Shown here piece after piece: positions 1 through 9,522 of a stretch of DNA of 20,000 bases. The DNA comes from Psammoneis japonica (Eukaryota). The stretch's first letter is position 1, and each line of letters opens with the position of its first letter. The notes beneath the pieces were generated by a model that had not been told where the DNA came from, did no database searches, and was given only the letters and a program-made list of their open reading frames with translations. Made by a program: the position numbers and the translations under genes. The stretch spans positions 57,555-77,554 of the forward strand of contig QPGO01000275.1 in assembly GCA_008632985.1 (NCBI GenBank), read 5' to 3'.

Positions 1-88
1 GCTCTGATTGGCTGAGGAGATCTGTGTGATGCAGTTTTTTAATCAGTTCCTAAAAACATCGTAGACTCGGGTCGAGCTCCACAATCAA

Positions 89-400
89 TCTAAAATCATC
101 TAAAATGATCGGGAGCTCCGGCGCTAAAAGGGTCTAAAATGGAGATGTTGAAAATGGAACGCCAGTGTCCACAAAACGCAGCATTTTTGAACGCTTTTGT
201 TGCAACGGGAAACAACAGAGTCTCTTTTCTCTTTTTTTCTCTTTTCTTTTCTCTTCTTTCTTTTTCTTTCCTTTTTCTCCTCCTCTGTTCCCTCTCGGTC
301 TAAAATGCGCTCCAGCAACATGGTATAAAAACCTCCCGCATTGATTTCCATGGGCACAACATCCCGTAGAAACCATTCTATAATCAACTTTATCTAAAAT
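89..400 (+). repeat. Dispersed TCTAAAAT octamer (5 copies) around a pyrimidine-rich low-complexity tract; possible TE subterminal region
   Basis: TCTAAAAT occurs at 89, 99, 133, 299 and 393. A CT-rich tract spans ~220-296. Confidence 0.5.
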
Positions 401-599
401 TGAAAAAATTAATAAATTTGGTGTTCGCAGAAACTTGACTAGTTCGACTGCTCGTTTTTGCCCGCTCGCCCACGCACTGAAACACGAGGGAAGTCGACAA
501 ACCATGATGGAAAAGAGCCGATGCGGCCCCGTTCTTGAAAACCACCTGTCAGTGGCTAAATTAATTTTGCAGACTTGTTCATAATGCCACAATTGAGTG

Positions 600-3500
600 C
601 ATGTCAAAATTGATTTAGCCACAGGGAGAAATTGAAGAAGATGTTGTCTCGAACAGCTGCAGGCACACATTTCTCCAGAACATGTCAGAGGCAAATCGAC
701 CTTGCTCAGTTCTGCTCATTCCATCAAAAGGGGGCACCAGGTGAATCCCTTGAGCATGTGTTGTTGTGCCCACCCCTTGATGTTGAAAGGACGGTTTTGA
801 CTTTTCTGCAGCAACAGGTGTCGGCAGCAAGTGCTGTTGGACACGAAGAATTGGCCTGGTGATGAGAGCAAATTCAAGACGCGCTGCTGTCAATGTCAGA
901 GAATGTAAGAGAACAAACAAATGATTCAAAGGTTGGTGAGATTGTCGAAAACTGGGACAAGGAGAAAGCAGCGAATTCATTTCAACTGAGCAGAGGTGGG
1001 CTTGCCGCCGCAACATTTGGGTGTTGTTCTTGTTTGTTCTTGTCGCCCTCTCGGTCTGAATGCAACATAAAACAATTGGAGCAACAGATGTTTGCATTTG
1101 TCTTCACCCACTTTGTCACAATGCTCAACGTTGCAAATGACATTGCCACTCTGAAGAGACACGAGAGCGAGCGGCATGAGAGTGAGGTTGACGACGAGCT
1201 AACTTCCCCGGGACTTTCCCACTCTGGTCAGCTTAAACTCACCTCCAATGTTCAGTGAAAATGGCAAGAGCATTCCCAATTGACTTTGTGTTGCCATCGA
1301 CAAGTGTTTCTTGAAACAGTTGTCGTCAGTTCCGGCCGACGTCTTTGACATTGCGATGGGAGCGGCGACGGTTGCGAGTTTTATTTTTCTGAAATTTGAG
1401 GTTTGTCTTCTGTGATCATGTTGTGGACAAACAAATGTTGTGCGAACACCACCATCGCTGGCACGATGTTGTGCCCATGAGTGGTGAAGACCCAGCACAA
1501 AACCCCCGTAGAAAAATCGTGCACGCCTTGTTCGGTCTGGTCGGATCTTTGCACGGGAGCGATTCGTACACCAGAAGCATGCCAGCGGGGGGATGGACAG
1601 GCAGGCACAATCAGGGGGGCACCAGAGGTGCACAAATCGTCTTGTCGTCTGTGCGTGTGCTTCCTTGCGCACAATCAATGCGCGAATGCGTGAATGACAA
1701 AACGATGAGGTGGCTCACGGATGCAGGTGGGCTACGAAAGTGTCTGTGATGACGTGCTGCACGTGAGAGAATTTTCATGGGGCAAAGTTCCAAATTTTTG
1801 CAAATTCGCCGCGACGCAACGCGTGCCAAATGACAAGTTTGGGTCCACATTCTGCCATGCCCGACAACACAATCACTTTTGCTGACATCAGACACTCCGT
1901 GCAATGTTCCAAGGTCACAGTTGCTGGCACATGATCCAAGCCAATGCAATTGGATCGAATGCAAAAAGCACTTTGCCGACATTGCCAAGTGCTGCATTGA
2001 CGCACAAATGCCGCATCCGTTGTTGGGTTGTTGTTGCGTTCCAGATGGGACGAAGAAATCTGCTGTTGCATTGAGAGCATCATTTGTTCATCTGATTGGG
2101 GAGGGTTCAAAGGAAAAGGTGAAATGGTCATTGCAAGGCATCATTTTTACCTCACATTGATGGAGAGGATGGGAACAAGGCAGTCCATGCGCCTCAGTGC
2201 GGATGATGGAGGGCATGTCCAGTTAGAGCCTTTGCCTGGTGCTGGAGGGGCATTTGGCAACATTGCTGCGCCCATGGATGCAGACACTGCCCACAGAATG
2301 GGCATTGTGCATGATTCTGAATGCACTTTCCTCCGGTTTGAGGCTTGAGACTTTGTTTCGCGTCAACGATGGAGAATGTAGAAAAGGTGGATCGTAAGTG
2401 CCACAGAGCGAACGCACCGACGGATTGCATGGCAATGTTCTGGACCGCCTCTCACCATTTTGCCACTTGTTTGTAGACACTTGGGTTGTCACTGCCTCAG
2501 GAGCTGCATCAAGTTTGACAGAGCCGGCAAGTCACGGACAAAACAGCACAAAAAATAGAGAAGTGGACAGGGCTGCTTGCAAAGCGCAACTGTCCTCACT
2601 GTTGAGGCTGGCTTTCAAGAAAGATTTCACGGGACACAAGGGAGTGCTGGAAGCAGTTCGTTTGTGTTGTTCTGGATTGGGAATTGAGAATTTTGGCTTG
2701 GCAGTGCAGCTCTGCTCTAGTCTAAACTAACATCTGCATGCCTTCTCCACAAACTCCCGCACAGCATGAGTTTCTTCACTGGCAAGGACGTGGTCTTCAG
2801 GCTCATCATGTTGGAGCATCATCCACATGCCCTCAACACAGTCACAGGCTTTTCCCTGATCATGCTTTGCATCAATGTTTCCCAGGTGCAAAGAAGATGA
2901 AGAGCCTGCAAGGAGCCCCACTCCGGATCACACGAACAGCACGAGAAACCAATGATGAAATGAGTCAACTTGACAAAGGAGCCATTGGATCTCGCAGAGT
3001 GCTTTGAAAGAACCGGCAGCGCAAACTAAGAAAACGTTGTTCGAAAGCGAGCCAGTGACGTTCTGTTATTTTATCGGGATGTCATTCCCAAACCGCAGCC
3101 GGAAACCTTAACCACAACAACACAAGCATCTTTTTGCTGCACTCCAGTCCACACCCAAATCATAAGTCAGCCACCGGTGCCATCCTCATGTTGCCCGGGA
3201 ACAGGCGCAGGTGAAAAATTGACGTCCGTTGCTGGCGCACAATGTCGATTCCAGAGAACGTGTGCAACAGTGAGTGCGATGAAACAATCAAGAGCCTTTT
3301 CGTCTTCATTGTCCAAAAAACATTTGTTGCACGTGCGTCGCGAGTCGTTGATGATTTCCGGGAGGAACACACCAGCAGGTGTGCATCAAAAGCCATGGAT
3401 GTTGCATTGCGGGAGGGATTGAAGGCAGTGGCGAAACGGGCGAACAAAAAAGAGGATGTCAGCAAAGGAGAGTGACAACAACAATGCACCTTTTCAATCT
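600..3500. other. TpA-depleted degenerate, probably TE-derived coding remnants; family not identifiable
   Basis: Very few TA dinucleotides (none in 3165-3700). Many short Cys/His-rich ORFs in all frames. 3242-3475(+) reads like a protein C-terminus, but I recognise no domain. Confidence 0.4.
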
Positions 3501-3639
3501 TGCCTTGCTGTTCATTGCTGTGCATTGTCAAGAAGTGACAAACAGCTGTCCCATCTCATCCGCAAAAAGGATGGAAAACCACGGACACTGACACCACCGC
3601 GCACGCACACACGACAGTCCATCCAGCTTCAACTGGAGC

Positions 3640-4360
3640 AGGTCCATTGACAATGCCTGTGGCAATGCACAAGAAATGAACAACACAGTCTGTGAGAATT
3701 TATCTTCTGCATGCTGTCAAAACCGGCAGGGCTCGCCCACCATTTTGCTTCGCTCAAACAACAGATGCAACCAAGCCACTTCAGAACAGATCAACTGACA
3801 GATGCTTCCTGTGGCAATGGCACAAGAGAAACAGACAACAGAGTCCGTGAGTGTGTGTCTTCAACATGCAGCTGTCCAAGCCATGAACTGTAAAAAGCAG
3901 AGAATGCGAGCTCACAAGATGGGCGCACCGTTTTTTGAATCACCAGAACAACCGATGCAACCCAAGCAATTCGGATTGAATGAACCAACAGATGCTTCCT
4001 GTGGCAATGGCACAATGAACAGATGACAGAGCCCGTGAGAGTGCAATGGTTCTTTGACATGTGGCCATCCAAGCCATGAACCGCAAAAAGCAGAGAGTGC
4101 GAGCACGTGAGAACTGAGTGCCGTTTTGCTTCGCCCAAACAACAATTGAAACCAACCCAATTCAGACCCATCAACTGACAGATGCTTCCTGTGGCAATGG
4201 CGCAACAAACAGAAAATGGAGTCCGTGAGAGTGCTGCTTTGATTTGGCCAAACCACAAACTGCAACAACAGGAAAAAACAAGCTTGTGAGAACTGCGCAC
4301 CGTTTTGCATCACCCAAACAAGTCATGCAACCAAACCCACTCGGATTCGATCAACCCACA
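3640..4360 (+). repeat. Degenerate ~190-bp tandem repeat (3 clear copies plus a partial upstream copy)
   Basis: Core GATGCTTCCTGTGGCAATGGC starts at 3801, 3991 and 4181 (period 190). Related CCTGTGGCAATG at ~3656. Shared CCGTGAG, CCAAGCCATGAA and CCGTTTT blocks in successive units. Confidence 0.9.
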
Positions 4361-4922
4361 GTTGTGACACTGCCGGACCCCTTTGACATGTTGTAACTTG
4401 GGAGATGTTTGGTGCCGGGAACACACAATTGCCGGGCAAAATTCATCCTGAGAGAAGCCAAGAGGTCGTAAGTCTAAATTGCACATTTTCTCCACAACCA
4501 ACAGCCCTGCTGCACTTTGCTTGCCATCACAAATGAAGCAGATGTTGTAGATGGAGAAGGAAGCAGTGAGTCGAGGTGTCACAGCTCTGCTTTCGAAAGA
4601 GAGCTGTGTGATGTGTTGATGATGCGTCGTGTTGTTGTGTGCAGATTTTGGCGATCGAACCGCTTCTCGCCCCATAAAAATTCTCTCAGGTACGGCACGT
4701 CGTCACAGCCGGAAGTACCGTCGTGATCCACCTCATCGTTTTGTCGTTCGTGCGCGCGCTGAGTGTGCGAATGCGCGTGTGCGAACGACAACAGACGATT
4801 TATGAACCTCTGGGGGGCACTGTGAACACCATCCAGGCTAACACACTGCCAAACTCAAACACAGACAAAAAAACTCCCTCCGACACAACTCAAATCTGCA
4901 ACACACAATGATGTGCGCCGTC

Positions 4923-5355
4923 GGTGTCCCACTTTACGGCGTGATATCTCAATGACTCTTTCACCGATTTTCCCGTTTCTTGTTTCCTTCTTAACGATAA
5001 CATCACGATGAATTCCAAAAGCTTGGTCCCATTCTGTGTCAATCAGAATTATGGATTTCTGTTTTGTCCAAAGCCAGGTCAGTGAAATTTGGTTCGAGTG
5101 AGGTGTCCCACTTTACGGCGTGATATCTCAAAGAAGCTTTAACCCATTTTCCCGTTTCTTGTTTCCTTCTTAACGATAACATCACGATGCATCCCACAAG
5201 CTTGGTCCCATTCTGTGTCAATGAGAATTATGGATTTCTGTTTTGTCCAACGCCAGGTCAGTGAAATTTGGTGCGAGTGAGGTGTCCCACTTTGCGGGGT
5301 GATGTCTCAATGATACTTTCACCGATTTCCCCGTTTCTTGTTTCATTCTTAATGA
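4923..5355 (+). repeat. 179-bp tandem repeat, ~2.4 copies, downstream of the Crypton ORF
   Basis: GGTGTCCCACTTT starts at 4923, 5102 and 5281. Copies 1 and 2 are highly similar along their full length. Confidence 0.95.
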
Positions 5356-5609
5356 GAATTGTCCAATTGACTTCAAGACGTTGGGCTCGTTACACAGTGT
5401 TGAGCTTTAAGCACAGAAATATTTGCCCAAAATTTGCCACCAAAGAATGTCCTCACTAAAATTTTAAATTTTAGAAGCGCGCACGAAGGAGACCGGTGCG
5501 TCTAATTGGCTACGAATAAAATGAAACGGTGAGTTCTGTCTACAGCTGGCTGTACGTTGCACACCATGTGCATGTGTTGTGTAATGCATGCATGTACTAC
5601 TAACCAATT

Positions 5610-8600
5610 TTAATTATCTACCAAGACGTGCAGATTTAGTTCTCGAAGCGCCTGGTCGCTTGGATCAATCCAGTTCTTTCGGAGGCTATGCTCTATGTGT
5701 GCTCTGCCACGTCTGCCCCAATGCTCGGCACCTGGTCCATTGAACTCAGCCCTTACCCAAGCCATTTTTGTCAGAGACTCAGGTTTTTTATAGTTCTTGT
5801 CAAACACACCAGCAATCATCCGTGATCGGAGGTACAGTGCTGCCAGGCAACACGTGAAAATCCCGCAGTCTTGGGATCTACTGTATTGAGCAGGCATCTT
5901 CTGACAATGATGGAAAACACTGTGCTCCTTCCAAAGAGAAGATGTCTTCAGATATTCCGAAACCCTCTCTGCTATTGCCTTTGAGCCACTTGGGTAGGAA
6001 TCGAAATAAATGAAAATCCCGTCATCCCACAACGTCCGGTCCACTACCAGAAGAGAGAAGTGGCCGTACGAAGCATCACCGGTAAAAATAGGCGCAAAAA
6101 TAAGGTTGTCATTTTCAAAATCAATTTGGTGTCCTCCTCTGTTTGAGTACGCTTTCCATGATCCACTGGAGAAAAAGGAGTCATCCGCAGCTTTTACGCC
6201 CTGATCAAAATGAGGCCGCACCAAAGTATTGAGATAACCTCGCACCACTGAACCTTTAATCATTTGACCTTGCCGCCGGAGCTCCGACATAAAAGCACAA
6301 GATATCACAGCATCTCCAACATTTGGAAGGGCTGGATTCTGCCCTGGTGTCGTGAGGTCGTCACTCTCGCCCAAAATGGAGTCAGCCATTGCGCCGCACC
6401 CAACTTGCTCGGCTGAAACGTCATCAGATGTTTTCAGGGGCTTCTTGTTTGGGACGCCTTTGTTTCCAATAGAATCGTGCGCAAATTCTGCTTTGCGTTT
6501 CCGAGAGGCAGAGGCGGCACGATTGTATTCTGGGTGTGATTTGTTGTTTATGGTAGCCAGTGGCAGCTGCGCCTTGTCGGAGTCCGTGCCATCCTTTTCA
6601 ATGGCAGACCGCATGATTCGCTTTGCCCAACTCGATATTTTCCAAGTCTCGGGTTTGCTGCCTTTAAGCTGCCACATGTATGAGGCCCGCAATCGAAGGT
6701 GGTCCGTCCCTTCATTGTACAGTCTCAAAGCAACTGACGAGTCGATGACTTCAGGAATTTCTGAAGACAGTCCCGCCTCCATCATCAAAAATAGCGGCTT
6801 CCATTGCGTCTTGTGCTGATCCTGCAGCTTCTTGGAAGGCAGCATTTTTGGTGATAACAAACGAAAAGGCCGAACTGGACATGACACAATGTGACCTTTG
6901 CGGTCTGTCATCTGATTTGCCGGTTGGCCAGACATCCACAGGCACCATCCAGTGCTTCTGTTCACCTTTTTCGGAAATTCCCAGCCTTCGGGAACGTGCC
7001 AAGCGGCCTGCAGTTTCCCGGGAATTCTGCACATGCACTGCTGATGCCCGCCCTTGCTCTTTCCATCCTCCAACTCTGGTGGTGAAACACTGGCATCTTT
7101 TCTCTCCGCAACCGCTGCAGCACCAAGGCGCTCGTCCATCACACTTCTCACTGCAAGAATGAGCTCTTCCTTTGCACCACCGAGCTTGTTTGCAAGCAAA
7201 TCCATGGTCATCTGGCCGCTCCGCACATCGTTGCTTTCCATGGCCGAATGCACAGCAGACTCAACAACGCCAACCATTTCATTCACTTTCTGCAGTGTTT
7301 GTGCCGTGGTCGTCAGCAGCTCTTGAAGAAGCTTGCACTGCTGCACATGTGGCGGCATCCCAGTGGGCTGAAGCGTTGTCGGATGCTTCCCCTTGGTGCC
7401 ACCGCTGAGGTGTTGCTGCAGTCTCATTGTCAAGTCAGCCCGTTGAAGCAGTGGCAATGAGTCAAATGGATGTGACACGTCTCGGGTGGCGTGCAATTTA
7501 ATGAAATCGATGTTGTGCGCCAACAATGCTAGAAGGAACGACAAAATAGACTGGATGCCCCAGATTGTTCCCATCGATCCAAAGCACAATGCAGTGGCCT
7601 CGTCGCATGCTTCCCTGAAATCTTTTTCCTCAACACTCGTAAAATGAGGCGGCAGCACAGAAAAATCAGCCGAGTTGGGATCCAAACCTGCAGTGCATCG
7701 GCCAAGACATTGATCCCCAGGCTCAGCAAAAAGGAAGCACACATCAAATACAGTTCCCTGGGACCACTCACCTCTGCGAGCAATGGATGGCAGTGGCAGG
7801 GGATTTGTTGTTCCAGAAGCAGCAAAAAGCGCGGCACCCTTCCGAGTTCCATGCGCACCAGTGCGATCGGGCCGGGCAAACTTGCAAACGGCACCCCGGA
7901 ACGACTTCAAAAGCTCCACAAGCTGCTCACAGCATCTGCTGGCTGCAGCTCCTGTTTTTCCAGCAAACAGAAAAAGCTTCTCACGCAGTTCAAACTGTGT
8001 TTTGTTCAATGAAATCCAAACGGCAAGAGCCGTGAACACACAAATGTGTGGCTCCAGAGGATTCGTGCACAGATTCTTCGGTGACACTTTTTCACCCACT
8101 TGATCGGCCTTGGATTTATCACAAGTGACTTTGATTGAGTCGCTGCCAACTGTGAAGTTGTGGAAGCCCAACGGATCAATTGAAATTGATCTTCCCATGC
8201 AGCTCCATTGAAGCAAGCCAAAAACCCACAGAAAAATGTTGCCCGTGTCGAGCGCACACTGGCAGATCAATCGGAGCAAGGGAAAGGGAATGGGGTCCGA
8301 CTCGGAAGTGTCCATTTCACCCGATTGCAACAAACCTGTTGCCTCCTTCCTGCAAGCTGGGAGGAAGTCTGAACCGACTTTAATGTGATGATCCTCCGGA
8401 AGCGCCTGCTCTGCGGATCTGGCACCATGCAGAATCGCATTGTGAAATTTTGTCATGCTGCTGCATGAGCGAAACGTGCCGGCCCGTTTTTTTTTTTTGG
8501 TGGATTGCTTTTTTGGTTCTTTAAGCTGCTTCATGTCTGCAAAGCACGCAAGAATTACATCCACGTTCATGCCATCATGCACAAGGTCTTCCGTGTTTGT

Positions 8601-8897
8601 GTGAAAGAACTTGGTTGGGTCAGCCAAATCATTTTCCGATGCTTTCACAATTCCACCCTCTTCGGCGCACTGTGGATGCTTTTCCTTGATCCAGGCCATG
8701 ATGGTTTTGAGCTTGTTGTGATGCGACTTCACCGTTTCCTCAGTGACTTGTTTGTTTTTGGTTTTGGCGACACCAATCTTGTGCTCAGTTTGTGTCTCGA
8801 TGGACGCTCCGATCATTGGCTTGGCTGTGGCGCTGCCAGAATTCCCATGTCGTGCATCCTTCCCTCGCCTCATCGACGGGCACTGTTTTTTCCCCAT
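5610..8897 (-). CDS. Crypton-type tyrosine recombinase fused to a C-terminal C48 (Ulp1/SUMO) peptidase; frame open but predicted catalytic Tyr replaced by Cys
   Basis: Numbering follows the 1115-aa ORF translation. YR motifs: CMGR256S, AH369GTR372KGAA, RRGEW398SQGTVFDVC407...GDQCLGR. A VPEGWEFP...W.LW..G...VRPF module follows. C48 motifs: GH966FSLLVVD, YFD986S, Q.SRSQDC1031G. Probable start is the ATG at 8897. Confidence 0.85.
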   Translation of the reverse strand: MGKKQCPSMRRGKDARHGNSGSATAKPMIGASIETQTEHKIGVAKTKNKQVTEETVKSHHNKLKTIMAWIKEKHPQCAEEGGIVKASENDLADPTKFFHTNTEDLVHDGMNVDVILACFADMKQLKEPKKQSTKKKKRAGTFRSCSSMTKFHNAILHGARSAEQALPEDHHIKVGSDFLPACRKEATGLLQSGEMDTSESDPIPFPLLRLICQCALDTGNIFLWVFGLLQWSCMGRSISIDPLGFHNFTVGSDSIKVTCDKSKADQVGEKVSPKNLCTNPLEPHICVFTALAVWISLNKTQFELREKLFLFAGKTGAAASRCCEQLVELLKSFRGAVCKFARPDRTGAHGTRKGAALFAASGTTNPLPLPSIARRGEWSQGTVFDVCFLFAEPGDQCLGRCTAGLDPNSADFSVLPPHFTSVEEKDFREACDEATALCFGSMGTIWGIQSILSFLLALLAHNIDFIKLHATRDVSHPFDSLPLLQRADLTMRLQQHLSGGTKGKHPTTLQPTGMPPHVQQCKLLQELLTTTAQTLQKVNEMVGVVESAVHSAMESNDVRSGQMTMDLLANKLGGAKEELILAVRSVMDERLGAAAVAERKDASVSPPELEDGKSKGGHQQCMCRIPGKLQAAWHVPEGWEFPKKVNRSTGWCLWMSGQPANQMTDRKGHIVSCPVRPFRLLSPKMLPSKKLQDQHKTQWKPLFLMMEAGLSSEIPEVIDSSVALRLYNEGTDHLRLRASYMWQLKGSKPETWKISSWAKRIMRSAIEKDGTDSDKAQLPLATINNKSHPEYNRAASASRKRKAEFAHDSIGNKGVPNKKPLKTSDDVSAEQVGCGAMADSILGESDDLTTPGQNPALPNVGDAVISCAFMSELRRQGQMIKGSVVRGYLNTLVRPHFDQGVKAADDSFFSSGSWKAYSNRGGHQIDFENDNLIFAPIFTGDASYGHFSLLVVDRTLWDDGIFIYFDSYPSGSKAIAERVSEYLKTSSLWKEHSVFHHCQKMPAQYSRSQDCGIFTCCLAALYLRSRMIAGVFDKNYKKPESLTKMAWVRAEFNGPGAEHWGRRGRAHIEHSLRKNWIDPSDQALRELNLHVLVDN

Positions 8898-9522
8898 GGT
8901 CGCAATGCAAAGCCAAACAGCTTTTGCAGGGACGCAAGACCCAAACACAGACACCACACGTGAGATCCCCGTGCTTTGTCGTGTTAAAACGAAAAGGATC
9001 CAGGGCCGATGTGAGGTTGGTGTGCTTTTCCAAAAGGATTTGTCGTTTCAAATTTTCTCACACATGTTGTGCACATTTCCACTAAAAAGGATTTCTCACC
9101 CTTTTGGATTTAGAGACGAGATTTGGTGTGCTCTGACGCAATGATGACGATTTGCGAGAAATTTGGCATGCTTTCCTGGGAGATCTCGAAAATCCTCCCA
9201 AAATGGCCGATTGCTTGAGCGACTGTTCATTGACAACTGTGCATGTGTCTGCGAGGTCGCCGCAACTCCCTCCCATGTCTCATGCATTAAAACCCTTACG
9301 AGTGTTGTGTGTTGTCAACCATTTGTCTCCACCCACACTCTGGCACCCAAAGTGCATTTCGCCGACACAAGCAGGTGGGTCTGTCATTGGGTGTCTCGTC
9401 AATGACAGTTTCTGCTGTTGCTTCTGCTGACTCGCTGCCTCCTCTCATTTTCCCATTACATTGCTTGGCCCATGTGCATGCCTTGCAGGAGGATTGGGTG
9501 TGCAAGAATTGGCTTTGTTGTC

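Larger units (their letters stand above)
4671..9277 (-). mobile_element. CryptonS-like tyrosine-recombinase DNA transposon (boundaries tentative)
   Basis: Contains the YR-Ulp1 ORF. Candidate short terminal direct repeats are CCCATA (4671-4676) and CCCATG (9272-9277, a TA->TG variant), i.e. TATGGG on the element strand, resembling the TATGG termini I recall for CryptonS. TA content changes abruptly at ~4670. Confidence 0.55.

Noticed and set aside
124..4911. Numerous overlapping 60-190-aa Cys/His-rich ORFs as real genes
   Set aside because: They are an expected by-product of TAA/TAG loss, tandem repeats and the CT-rich tract. No recognisable domains.
9281..9305. AAACCCTTACG as the left TIR matching 13441-13453
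   Set aside because: The match is too short and degenerate to distinguish from chance; the 1499-1540 match is stronger.
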